Shown here piece by piece: positions 51,930-64,000 of a stretch of DNA of 64,000 bases; position 1 is the first letter of the stretch, and each line of letters starts with the position of its first letter. The notes below the pieces were generated by a model. It saw nothing but the letters and a program-made list of their open reading frames with translations, made no database searches and was not told the DNA's origin. Origin of the DNA: Octopus sinensis (Eukaryota). The stretch covers positions 3,720,001 through 3,784,000 of the forward strand of contig NC_043018.1 in NCBI RefSeq assembly GCF_006345805.1, given 5' to 3'. Made by a program: the position numbers and the translations under genes.

Positions 51930-52450
51930 CGATGATGACGATGATGATGATGATGAAGTGGAGATGATGATGATGATGATGGTGTGGTGTTGACTGCGAC
52001 GATGATGACGACAACGAGGGTGGCGGAATGGCAGTAGCGGTGTCGATGGTGGCATCAGCTGCGACGGCGGTGGTGACATTGGCAGCATGGTGGTGGTGGT
52101 GATGGCGGTGATGGTGGTGATCGAGGGGAAGAGGATGTTCTTCCCCTCGATCAGTCGACGACGACGACGATGATGATGATGATGATGATGGTAGTGATGA
52201 TGATGATGATGATGATGATGGTGGTAGTGATGATGATGATGATGATGATGGTGGTAGTGATGATGATGATGATGATGATGGTGGTAGTGATGATGATGAT
52301 GATGATGATGGTGGTAGTGATGATGATGATGATGGTGGTAGTGATGATGATGATGATGGTGGTGGTAGTGATGATGATGATGATGATGGTGGTAGTGATG
52401 ATGATGATGATGGTGGTGGTAGTGATGATGATGATGATGATGATGATGAC
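51780..52450. repeat. (GAT)n array with a higher-order (GAT)n-GGTGGTAGT unit in the distal part
   Basis: Directly visible. Confidence 0.92.
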
Positions 52451-52775
52451 ACTAACGATGGTTGTAATGCTTTGCTGAAAAGCTCTAATAAGGTCGAAAC
52501 ATCTTTTAATTATATCCCATTTGGTCTTAAAACTAAAATGCGCCCCTATCTTGAATGTTACGATTTTTTTCTTTTTTCTATCGCTTCCCTCTCCTGGTTG
52601 TTGCTTTTAGATTTGAAGCATACCCCAAAAATGGAGCTTTTACCTAGTAATTGCATGGATAAACTCCATAGCAAATATTCAACTCATTATGTCTACATAT
52701 TTGAGATCCAATCAACCGATTGGATCTTAAATCGGTTGGTTGTGTGAACGGATTTCTATAACCCTTTATTCGGCA

Positions 52776-53183
52776 CAGGGCCGGATTAAGACCCATAGAG
52801 GCCCTAAGCACTTAGAAGATTTTGGTGCCCCCATATATAAGTAATTCAAAATATAACCACAAAATTATGTCTTAGTTTTCAAAATGAATCAAAACTAACA
52901 GTAAGATAGAAAATAATGTTTATTTTTGTATACTTCCACTTTATTTATACTTGAAAAGCTTTCTCTTTTATTATTGCAAAATCTTTAATCAGATCCTCAA
53001 AATTAATCTTTTCTAATAGATCTGCTTCTAAACTTTATAGAGATAAGGCATCCCAAATATTATTTTAGCAAGTTTAAATTGATTTTCTTTTGTGCGGTAA
53101 ACTATTTACTATTTCTGTGATGCCCCCTGGCACTTGATGCCCTAAGCACATTCATATTTTGCTTAATGGTTAATCCAGTTCTG
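52776..53183. mobile_element. hAT-type MITE, 408 bp
   Basis: TIR CAGGGCCGGATTAA / TTAATCCAGTTCTG (degenerate); 8-bp TSD ATTCGGCA / GTTCGGCA. Confidence 0.8.
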
Positions 53184-53683
53184 GTTCGGCAGAAAAATTC
53201 TTAAACGTTCGACGTTTGAGAATATCATAGGGCTAACGTCCTAAAAATGGGTTGGCAAATAGATTAATATAGTGTTTCAGGTGGTATGTTTTTGTTTCTT
53301 TAAGGTTTCTAGTGTAGCAAGGCTTCTTTAGTTTGGTGACGTGTCAGCTTTGAAAGAGAAAGTGAAAGTGAAACAAAGACCACAACTCTAAGTCTCTTGG
53401 CAACTAAAAACGACTGCGTAAAAAGAAACAATGCTCAGAGACTCCTGCTTCATAAAAACCAAACAGTAAAGTAGGCGCTAGCATATTATATGTCATAAAT
53501 GCAGAAAATTTTATTAACAGACGCAGGCGTGACTGTGTGGTAGGAAGTTTGCTTCATAACCACATGGTTTGGGTTCGGTTCCAGTGCGTGGCACTTTGGG
53601 CGTCTTCGACTATAACCTCAGACCGAATAAAGCTTTACGACTGGATTTGGTTGAGGGAAACTGAAAGAAGCCCGTCGTGCGTG

Positions 53684-53726
<43 letters not shown>

Positions 53727-54487
53727 ACTCACACACACACACATAGACATATGTATATGGTGGAGTGCATCTTTTTGCCTGTGTCTGTCCCTTGCTACCG
53801 TTTGAAACCAGCGTTGCGTTCTGAGTTCAAATCCAGATCAGGTGAGCTTCGCGTTTTATCCATTTGGGGTCGATAAGAAATGTACGAATCCTGGCTGAAG
53901 AACTATTAGAGGGGTCGGTTGAGATACCTTGTGGTATTGTTTTGGTTTCTTTGTGTTCTAATAACAATGTCTCTGATGTCACGTGCCAGTCTGTGTAGAA
54001 GCCACTTGCCCAAGGTACCACGGCAAATGGCTGTAGAAGAAGGCTTCCCCTTGGATAAAAAACGATGCTATGAAAGGAGAGCTTTGCATGTGCGAGCAAC
54101 TATTTGCCTTGGGTATCCAAGGGAAATAACTCCAGTAATATCAACCAAAACAAATTATTGGAAGATGAAGGCGTAACTGCATGGTAAGAAGCTTGCTTCC
54201 CGACTTTGTGGCCTATGGATGCCTGCATTTTCACAGCCAGGCTTAAATTGTATGGGTTACATATATGTTTAGAAACACTGTTTACAAATTTAAACACGTA
54301 ATGTCGGTGCTGCACATAACTATTCTAGATATATATATAAGAAAGACAAGGAAAAAAAAGTTATAAAAAAAAGCAAATGAATTTCCATAACAAAAATAAA
54401 ATAAAAATCATTCCGGGTTTTTCCAGGATGGAATTTTTCTTTGTGTGTGTGTGCGTGTGTATGAATATCTAGCTAGCTAGCTAATCC

Positions 54488-54543
<56 letters not shown>

Positions 54544-54567
54544 ATATATATATATAATATATATATA

Positions 54568-54966
54568 GGCGCAGGAGTGGCTGTGTGGTAAGTAGCTTGT
54601 TTACCAACCGCATGGTTCCGGGTTCAGTCCCACTGCGTGGCACCTTGGGCAAGTGTCTTCTACTATAGCCTCGGGCCGACCAAAGCCTTGTGAGTGGATT
54701 TGGTAGACGGAAACTGAAATCCCGTCGTATATATGTATATATATATATGCGTGTGTGTTTGTGAGTCTGTGTTTGTCCCCCTAGCATTGCTTGACAACCG
54801 ATGCTGGTGTGTTTATGTCCCCGTTACTTAGCGGTTCGGCAAAAGAGACCGATAGAATAAGTACTGGGCTTACAAAAGAATAAGTCCCGGGGTCGAGTTG
54901 CTCGATTAAAGGTGGTGCTCCAGCATGGCCGCAGTCAAATGACTGAAACAAGTAAAAGAGTAAAGA
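54568..54966 (+). mobile_element. CORE-type SINE (family C), full length, young subfamily
   Basis: Head GGCGCAGGAGTGGCTGTGTGGTAAG, B-box-like GGGTTCAGTCCC, CORE-like GTGGCACCTTGGGCAAGTGTCTTC; resembles octopus OR-type SINEs as I recall them. Confidence 0.9.
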
Positions 54967-55140
54967 GAGAGAGATATATATGTAAATAGATGAGTGTATT
55001 TTTCCCTTGTTAACAATTAACACGTAAAAAAATAGATAAATAGTTACCAGGGCAACAAAAAATTACACGAGTAAAAGAATTTGAATAACACCTGCGTTAA
55101 ACTCCATTTATATATACATATATATATGTATATATATTAC

Positions 55141-55435
55141 GGAGATGTACTCGCATAGCAAGTGACTTGATCTGAGATCGTGTGCTGAAACGAAAACAAT
55201 TGCAGCGTGGAAGGTGTTTATAAGCCATTTAAGAAACACACAAAAGCCGTTCGATTCACTTCAACATTTAAGTTTAATTTGTCAAAAAGAGATGCAGCAC
55301 GGACTTTGTCAGTGAACAGGTCGCGGATTTTAGCGACGAAAATATTTTGACAAATTAAACTTAAATGTTGGAGTGAATCGAACGGCTTTTGTGTGTTTCT
55401 TAAATGGCTTATAAACACCTTCCACGCTGCAATTG

Positions 55436-55436
<1 letters not shown>
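55141..55436. mobile_element. Palindromic MITE-like element, right arm truncated by (TA)n
   Basis: 55197-55287 pairs with 55345-55435 (one mismatch seen), 57-bp spacer. Confidence 0.8.
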
Positions 55437-55500
<64 letters not shown>

Positions 55501-56269
55501 CATACATACAGAAATACATACATGCATGCATGCATATATATGTGTGTGTGTACGTATATGTGTATCTATGTACGCATGCATGTACTTACACTTACGTACA
55601 CACATACAAAAATAGTTTATGCGTGTGTGTATGAATCCTCTTCGTGTGTTTGGTTTGTTTGTTCGGTGTCTCCATCTATTTCTTGTTGTCGATCCTCATC
55701 CTCAGGCTCACTCCTACACCCTCCCCGTCACCATGACAGCATTTACATTCTACCGGACACTTAAGGACCATGGAAATTTCCAAAACAAAAACAAAACAAA
55801 TAAAAAGAAAAAACATAATTATAATGATAGTGATACATGTCCAGCAATTGATAATGGTGGATGAGTTCTCTTTACTAACAAGAACTCAGTACAGATGGAT
55901 AACTATTTGCTCAGATATATTTACATAATTACTACGAAAATACTAATTAACTATTATTCCTTAAATCGATATTGCAGCAAATGATCGAACACTCTGGTGG
56001 AAATCGAACTTAAGTAAATAACGCACCTAACTACACACTCTGCCGCCATTCTCAGAGTCATTGTGGGAAGCCATTAGTGTTCAGACAATGGCAGAAATTT
56101 CGTTATTAATTTTTAAATCGCGGATGCACACGTTTGCTGCTGTTGTTGCTGTTACTGTTGTTGTTGATGCTGATGATGCTGTTGTTGCTTAGCAGCAGGT
56201 CAGTTCTAAACGAACAGACAGGCATAGGGTCAACGTGTTCTAGAAGTGGCAAAACCATTTTTTCTTTTA

Positions 56270-56324
56270 TTATTATTGTTATTATCATTATTATTATTAT
56301 TGTTGTTATTAGTATTATTATTAT

Positions 56325-56386
<62 letters not shown>

Positions 56387-56458
56387 TTACTATTATTATT
56401 ATTATCATTATTATCATTATCATCATCATTATTATTACTATTATTATTATTATTATTA

Positions 56459-56527
<69 letters not shown>

Positions 56528-56528
56528 T
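56270..56528. repeat. (ATT)n/(ACT)n microsatellite
   Basis: Directly visible. Confidence 0.95.
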
Positions 56529-56530
56529 TG

Positions 56531-56975
56531 CAAGGCGGTGAGCCGGCAGAACCGTTAGCTCCTGGATGAAATGCTTAGCGGTATTTCGCCCGTCGCTCCG
56601 TTCTGAGTTCAAATGCCGACGAGGTCGACTTTTCCTTTCATCCTTTCAGGGTCGATTAAATAAGTACCAGTTACGCACTGGGGTTGATGTAATCGACTTA
56701 ATCCCCACCCCCTAAGCTGCCCTTGTGGCAAAAATTTCAAGTCATTATTATTTTGCAAGGTAGTGAGCTGGATGAAATGCTTAGCGGTATTTCGCCCGTC
56801 GCTCTGTTTTGAGTTCAAATTCCGTCGAGGTTAACTTTGCCTTTCATCCTTTCGGGGTCGATTAAATAAGTACCAGTTACGCACTGGGGTCGATATAATC
56901 GACTTGATCCGTTTGTCTGTCCTTGTTTGTCCTCTCTGTGTTTAGTCCCTTGTGGGTAGTAAAGAAATAGGTATT
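56531..56975 (+). mobile_element. Two consecutive SINE family M copies
   Basis: Each preceded by ATTATTATTTTGCAAGG; the second ends in the AAAGAAATAGGTATT tail. Confidence 0.85.
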
Positions 56976-59072
56976 GGTTTCTTTACGTCCCCGTAAGTTA
57001 GCGGTTCGACAAAAGACAACGATAGAATAGGTACCAGGCTTTAAACACTATATGTACTAGGGTTAATTTGTTCGATTACATCGTTGAAGGCGGTACTCCA
57101 GCATGGCCGTGCTCCAATGACTGAAACAAGCAAAATATAAAAGATATGTATATTATTACGTAAGTAGCAACATACTTCGTGACTTTTTTTAACATGTGTA
57201 ACGTACAGGACTGAAAAATTTCATTTAACTGAAATTATCTATGCCATTACGATACCAAATCTTCCTCCGGCAGTAGTTAAAATCTAAAAAGAACCAGCAA
57301 GGGAGATAACCTCAAAAAGATCAGTTGATCGAAATTTTTGTACAATATTGACAATGTACATTAGAATCGATCCGATCGTTACGGACGCATATTCTCTAGA
57401 GAAAGGAATAAGGAGGGGGCGTCGGTGGGGGAGGGAGAGGAGAGGGTGAAACTAACGTTGATCCCTAGAAGATAACTGGTACTTATTTTATCGATATCAG
57501 AATTTGGTTAGTCCTTAATTTAAGGTAAAGTGCGGTACCCATGACATTTGTACGAATTCCCTACCTAACAAATTGCTAATCTTCTGCCTTATTCAGAAGC
57601 CATATTGTTGTTGTTGCTGTTGCTGTTGCTGCTGCTGCTTCTGCTGTTGCTTCTATTGTTGTTGTTGTTGTTAAAGGCAGTCAGTTGGCAGAATCGTTAG
57701 AATGTCGTACACAAATGCTTTGAGGTAATATTTTTTTCTCTGGCTCTTTATGTTTCTGGATTCAAATCCTATTTGGATCAGCTTCACCTTTCGATCTTCC
57801 AAGGGCGGAAATTTAAAATACCAATCAAGTATTGGGGTCGATAGTTACCAACAAACCTTTCCCACCTCCAAACTGCCAGCTTTTTTTCCTTATGCTTTAA
57901 TTAGGCCACAATCATTGCTATTTATTTATTCATATGCTGACGGAAAATTCCGTCAAATATTTATGAACCTCTTCTCGGCTTATCGGGGCCCAGACAGATA
58001 TGTACCACTGATAAATTACCTGAATATAAAACATGTCAATCACTGTGTTTAATAGTGGTATCCTCATGAAACACGTTTCTTAATTTAAGTATTTGTAAAC
58101 AGTCCTGGACTTAAACGTGGAGAAGATCGTGACTACAAGATCTGATAACTTAGCAATGCTCTATCTGTTTCTTGGAAAACTTATGTTTGCTCAGGTGACG
58201 AAATATTTATCTAATCTCAATATTGTATTTGATTAAAGCTGTGAACTAACAGAATCGTTAGCACGCCGAGGAAAATGCTTTACGTTCTGAGTTTAAATCT
58301 TTTATCTTATATATATATATATAATAAAACAATACTGGGAGGATAAGAAACGGAACGAAGCGGCTTGCCAGAACCTCTTCCGTCCCAGCCAGAACAAAGG
58401 CCTTTCGTTTGTTTTTCTCGTTTGTTTTCTTGTTTATTTTGATTTCTCGTATTGTATTTTATTTCTCGTTTTGTATTTTCTTGTACATGTATTTTTTTCT
58501 TGTATTTTATTGTGCATTTTTATTGTTACGTCCTGTTTGTGTTACAAATTTTTTTTCGTGCTTGTTTTACTCCTCTGCGGGGTTATTTTAATTCTCTCGC
58601 AGGAAGGCCTAGTATTGACGAGTCGTGTCCTGTCTTGCCTTCGAAAGACGCTTAAGTCTACTAGCGACAACTGATGATTGGGGATTTTCCTTGTGTAGCA
58701 TGTCCTGTACCTTGTTTTTCTGTTGTAAATATTGTTTTTCCCGTTTTCGTTCTCGTCCTGTTCCACGTCTCTGTCTTTCTGTTGTAAAAAAATGGCTTTT
58801 CCGTTTTCGTTTCTGTTGAGCTCTACGTCTTTTTGTGGTGTCCTGTACTTACGTATATATATTATATATGCATGTATATATACATGTAGATGTAGGTACG
58901 TACATATATGTTTTGTATGTATGCATATATTTATTTATTACACTATATATATATATATATATTATATATATATATATATATATACAATATATATATATAT
59001 ATATATTATATATAATATATATATAATATCTATATATATATATATACTTATTTTAAGCAGCAGCAACAAATC

Positions 59073-59108
59073 TGTTACACTGAGTTTCTCGTTGCCGTTC
59101 ATCAGACA
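59073..59108 (-). ncRNA. Degenerate minimal hammerhead motif in the 9013 family
   Basis: Minus strand: TGT-CTGATGA-ACG GCAA CGA-GAAAC-TCAGT-GTA-ACA. Confidence 0.5.
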
Positions 59109-59699
59109 TTTTTCTATATATATATATATATATGCGCAGCACACACAATATATAATATATATAGCGCGCGCGCACAAATATATATACACACACACATACA
59201 CATACACACACATATACGCACGTATTGCATCGTGCGCACGTTCCTTATTTCGAAGAGTAGGCTGTGAGTTGAGGCAGGGGATTTGGCCGTTGTTTTGGTA
59301 GATCGAACGACTTCATAAGAAGCTCGCTTTTGAGTCGGCAAAACAGTTTGTTAATAAATTTAACAAACAATAGGCTGAGGATATTTATTAAGGTCGTGAG
59401 GGATCGTGTTACACCAGTAAACAAGATGGGAACACTTATTAAAGCCGTAAGCAATCAAGTTTCACATGCAAAAGTCGATGATAAAGCAGATAGATATATT
59501 GTAATTTGTTTGTAAGTGTCTGACATAAAACTGTCTGTTTAACCTAGATATTGAATGAAGATAGGCTCACAGCAATTAGTGTCCGTCGGTCGGTCTGTTT
59601 ACTTGTTTGTCACTTGTCATCTTACTCTCTTATGGCCTTTTCTCTCCGTTTATCAACTTTTAGCTTAACACACTATCGCTTTACGTATGCAGTAAGCCC

Positions 59700-60079
59700 G
59701 TGGAGGCGCAATGGCCCAGTGGTTAGGGCAGCGGACTCGCGGTCATAGGATCGGGTTTCGATTCCCAGACCGGGCGTTGTGAGTGTTTATTGAGCGAAAA
59801 CACCTAAAAGCTCCACGAGGCTCCGGCAGGGAGGGGGGTGATCCCTGCTGTACTCTTTCACCACAACTTTCTCTCACTCTTACTTCCTGTTTCTGTTGTA
59901 CCTGTATTTCAAGGGGCTGGCCTTGTCACTCTCTGTGTCACGCTGAATATCCCCGAGAACTACGTTAAGGATACACGTGTCTGTGGAGTGCTCAGTCACT
60001 TACACATTAATTTCACGAGCAGGCTGTTCCGTTGATTCGGATCAACCGGAACCCTCGTCGTCGTAACTGACGGAGTGCT
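59700..60079 (+). mobile_element. tRNA(Arg)-like SINE, head B with tail X
   Basis: Head identical in type to 40138-40446, but tail matches 45-370. Confidence 0.88.
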
Positions 60080-60085
60080 TCTAAA

Positions 60086-60698
60086 CAGTAAGCCCTCTCC
60101 ATATCGCGGTTCACCTATCGCGGTTTATTATTACGCGCTTACGTCCATTCCCCCGTTGTGTTGCTTTTGCATTTATAATAAAAGAAATATATACAAATTA
60201 GAAAAAAAATAATTTAAAACTATACTGTAGTAGCTGTGTGGTAAGTAGCTTGCTAACCAACCACATGGTTCCGGGTTCAGTCTCACTGCGTGGCATCTTG
60301 GGCAAGTGTCTTCTGCTATAGCCCCGGGCCGACCAATGCCTTCTGAGTGGATTTGGTAGACGGAAACTGAAAGAAGCCTGTCGTATATATGTATATATAT
60401 GTATGGTGTGTATGTGTTTTGTGTGTCTGTGTTTGTCCCCCTAGCATTGCTTGACAACCGATGCTGGTGTGTTTACGTCCCCGTCACTTAGCGGTTCGGC
60501 AAAAGAGACCGATGGAATAAGTACTGGGCTTACAAAAGAATAAGTCCCGGGGTCGAGTATCTCGATTAAAGGCGGTGCTCCAGGATGGCCGCAGTCAAAT
60601 GACTGAAACAAGTAAAAGAGTAAAAAGAGTAAAGAGTACAGTACTGTTTCTACTTCGCGGATTTTTCCTTATCACGTGCGGTAGTCGAGGGATTAGTG
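60086..60698. mobile_element. Pogo/Tigger-like MITE interrupted by a family C SINE
   Basis: Left CAGTAAGCCCTC..., right ...GTCGAGGGATTAGTG-TA; the same TIR type (TA-CAGTAATCCCTCGACTATCGC) occurs at 9870. Confidence 0.55.
60229..60637 (+). mobile_element. CORE-type SINE (family C), young subfamily
   Basis: Near-identical to 30418-30838 and 33502-33893. Confidence 0.9.
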
Positions 60699-61076
60699 TA
60701 TGTAAAGAGGCAGTCATGGCGATGCTGTTAAGATAGGTCTCTGTGCAACCAGACGGTTTCGCGTTCAGTCTCACTGCGCGGTAACCTCTGCGCAAGTGAC
60801 TTCTACTATAGCCCAGAGGCAACCAACTCCTTGTGAGTAAATTTGGTGGAAGGAAACTTCGTAGAAACGCCTTGTCTATGGGTATGTGTGTATGTGTATA
60901 TACGTATATATATAGGCGCAGGCGTGGCTGTGTGGTAAGAAATTTGGTTCCCAACAGCATGGTTCCGGGTTCAGTCCCACCACTGCATATGGACTAGTGA
61001 CTTCTATAATCTCAGGAAGAACAAAGCTTTGTGAATGGATTTGGTAGACGGAAACTGAAAACGAAACCCGCCTCAT

Positions 61077-61116
<40 letters not shown>

Positions 61117-61537
61117 CAGGAGCTTAATATTAGTATTATTATCGAAGGCAATATAAACAGTTGATAATAACAACAACATTAATATAGGTGGTTGCAGGCC
61201 TGAATCAGCGTTATATCAATCATAAGGACACACGAATGCGTCTACCTGCTAGATATAAGAGTTAAAACCCTCATTTATATATTTATATGTGTGTGTGTGT
61301 GTGTGTGTGTATTTTGTGACTATTTTTGTCACCCAGTGTCTGTGTTTGTCCCCTGCTACTATCGCTTGACAACCGGTGTTGGTGCGTTTACGTCACCGTA
61401 AATTAGCGGTTCGGCAAAAGAGACCGATAGAATAAGTACCAGGCTCAACAAATTTTTTTTAAAAAAGAGTGCTGAGGCCGATTCATTCGACTAAATATTC
61501 TTCAAAGCCAGTGGATGTGAGTGTGTGTGCGTGCGTG

Positions 61538-61604
<67 letters not shown>

Positions 61605-61770
61605 GGGTAAAGTAAGATATTCATTTATTTATTTATCTATTTAAGAGTATTCTAGGACATGGTTCCGAGACTTGGTCTTCGGATGCCCGAAGATGACCAG
61701 TGATCGAAATGGTCTTAGCGAAAACTTTTAAAGAAAAATTCCTATTTCTTTCATATGGCTGCTTTCATAT

Positions 61771-61870
61771 NNNNNNNNNNNNNNNNNNNNNNNNNNNNNN
61801 NNNNNNNNNNNNNNNNNNNNNNNNNNNNNNNNNNNNNNNNNNNNNNNNNNNNNNNNNNNNNNNNNNNNNN
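61771..61870. other. Assembly gap (100 N)
   Basis: Directly visible. Confidence 1.
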
Positions 61871-62285
61871 AGTATTTGACTGCTATTTATGTTATTGACT
61901 CTGAAAGTTCCATGCAATTCACATTTTCGTGGACTCGTAGGGCTAACCTGACTCGCCATTCATCGAGAGATAAAGTCACAAGATATGATAGAAATTCATG
62001 ATGGCTTCTTGATGTTAGGCCGCTATTGGTCATCTCAAGTCACGTGGTGCTATTGGTCTGGAAGCGACATCGATTACTTTCTTTTCGGATGGGCAAGCTA
62101 GCTATTGGCAGATACCTGCCGCTGTCACGCTTGGAAGCTCACTCAGTTCGTTGCATTTGTTGAGGTGTCGTCGCGGGTTAATGGAGCCTTGATACAATAT
62201 CCTGTCTGTGGGACTGGATCGAAATTTGGATTGTCAGCATAGATGGGACGGGCAGCAGAATTTAAGAACCATGCCCTTGAGTATA

Positions 62286-62335
<50 letters not shown>

Positions 62336-62337
<2 letters not shown>

Positions 62338-62600
62338 TGGGGGAAATTCACAAAAAAAAAACAAAAGACGGAGACAGGTGGTGTAGACAACAAACAGATG
62401 TATTAGTATAACGCTCGGGAAGTGAAAAAGACTTTCACGTTTCGAGCCTACGCTCTTCCACAGAAAGGCACGCAGAAAGAAACAAGGAGAGAAAATAAAG
62501 AATGTGTAGTGGCTAGCGATCTATCATGGTGAATACCGGACAGAAGGGCCTCACGGGAGAGCTAGGGAGAAGGGGAGATAATAAAGTAGTGGTGATTCCA
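62336..62600 (-). mobile_element. Penelope-type short repeat, homologous to ~9670-9825, with a hammerhead-like motif at 62432-62467
   Basis: Minus strand CTTT-CTGTGGA-A-GAGC GTAG GCTC-GAAAC-GTG-AAAG; shared downstream GAGCG..ATACTAATAC. Confidence 0.6.
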
Positions 62601-63625
62601 AAACGAAGGTGCGCGTGCATGTGTATAAGAGAGTTTGTACATACATACATCTATACATACATACAAACATACATCCATCCATACATACATACATACATAC
62701 ATACTAAGGCATCGAACTGGAAGAATTTTTAACAGGCCGGACAAAATGCTTAGCAGCATATCTTCCAGCTTTGTGTTCTGAGTTCAAATTCCGTTGAGGT
62801 CGAATTTGCCTTTCGTCCTTTCAGGTTTAGCATCTTCAGTACCAGTTGATCACTACGTTTGATGTAATCGATTAGTAGTACTCCCACACTAATTTCAGGC
62901 TTTACAACCTATCTACACATGCGTGTGTGCTTGTGTGTGAGCGTGTGTGTGTGTGTGCTTGTGTGTGTGTGTGTGTGTTATCCTTATACAAACAGATATT
63001 CGCGTATACCGTAACTTTTGGGATGAATTTAATGCACCATTTAATACATACACACACATTTCTACAAACACATACACATACATACACACATACATACATA
63101 CACACATACGTACATACATACATTCATACATACATACATTCATACACGCAGGTACACACGCACCTTACAATGATAATTGATTTCTTTTTTGCAAATTGAT
63201 TTTTAAACGTTTTCTTTTGCGGATATTTTTCACAAAATATACAAAATAAATTATTTCTATTTACCTTTTAGTAATAAGATCTTATCGAACTTTATCTTTC
63301 CTTTCTTTTCCAGCACGTGATTCGTGTAAAATAGGGTCTTTATGCATTTCGGTTTTAACCTTCGTTTGATTGTTTAGGCTTAGATTAAGACGTTTCCCAT
63401 GGATTTAGCGCCAGGCTTTTTGTGTCCTTATCTTGACGTGATCTAGTTAATATATTTAGTATAATTTATTACACGACGTTTTATTGTGTGTGCGCATGCG
63501 TGTGCATGCGTGTGAGCGTAGGCACATACATATATACATATATGAATATATATGTATGTATACATATGTACATATATATATAAACATACATATATATACA
63601 TATATACATATATATATATACATAT

Positions 63626-63658
<33 letters not shown>

Positions 63659-64000
63659 ATCTGTACAAATACACACACGTGTAGATAAAGCCATGCGCAT
63701 ATAATACCTATATACATATATGTATACACACACACACACACACCTATATAATATATATATATATATATTGATATGTGTGTCTGTAATAATCGTTCTTTTT
63801 TTCCTGTTGTGCCGATTTAGGATTTGAACAACAGTTTACTGTTTCTCCAACAATTGTTATGTAACATATTGATAAAGATGAACGTCGTTCACCGAACCTC
63901 GGCACGCGATTCAATGTGTTTCTTGTGGGATTGTTGTATATGTACTGCTGATAACAAAAGGGAATGCGTTGTTCCTGAGACGGGCAAAAACCTTATAAAA

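Noticed and set aside
58606-58664. TTGACGA...GAAAGAC-GCTTAA-GTCTA hammerhead-like motif
   Set aside because: C3 altered, stem II unpaired and stem I offset; too degenerate to support

Overview
AT-rich, repeat-saturated animal genomic DNA with no protein-coding host gene that I can recognise with confidence. The SINE families, very dense TA/CA/GATA/AAT/GAT microsatellites and mariner/Penelope content strongly suggest an octopus genome (inference from repeat content). Almost all ORF-track entries are translated microsatellites or SINEs. Real coding remnants all belong to transposable elements: (1) a 5'-truncated L1/Tx1-type LINE (1560-6270, minus) with a CCHC gag remnant and a broken APE-RT-zinc-finger ORF2, sitting inside a (TATC)n microsatellite at both ends; (2) a full-length but frameshifted 1290-bp mariner with TIRs and TA TSD; (3) further mariner and Tc1 fragments; (4) a Penelope-like GIY-YIG fragment; (5) an RTE 3' end; (6) a CRE-like restriction-endonuclease fragment. 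Non-autonomous elements include two Helitrons, two hAT MITEs with 8-bp TSDs and dozens of tRNA-derived SINEs that swap heads and tails and form 184-bp tandem multimers. The most interesting layer is several unrelated minimal hammerhead-ribozyme motifs in short Penelope-type elements, including one carried by a tRNA-headed SINE-like element (20633-20890). There are also several long palindromes and local inverted or direct duplications, and two exactly complementary mariner halves suggesting a ~4-kb inversion. One 100-N assembly gap lies at 61771-61870. All alignments and folds were done by eye.
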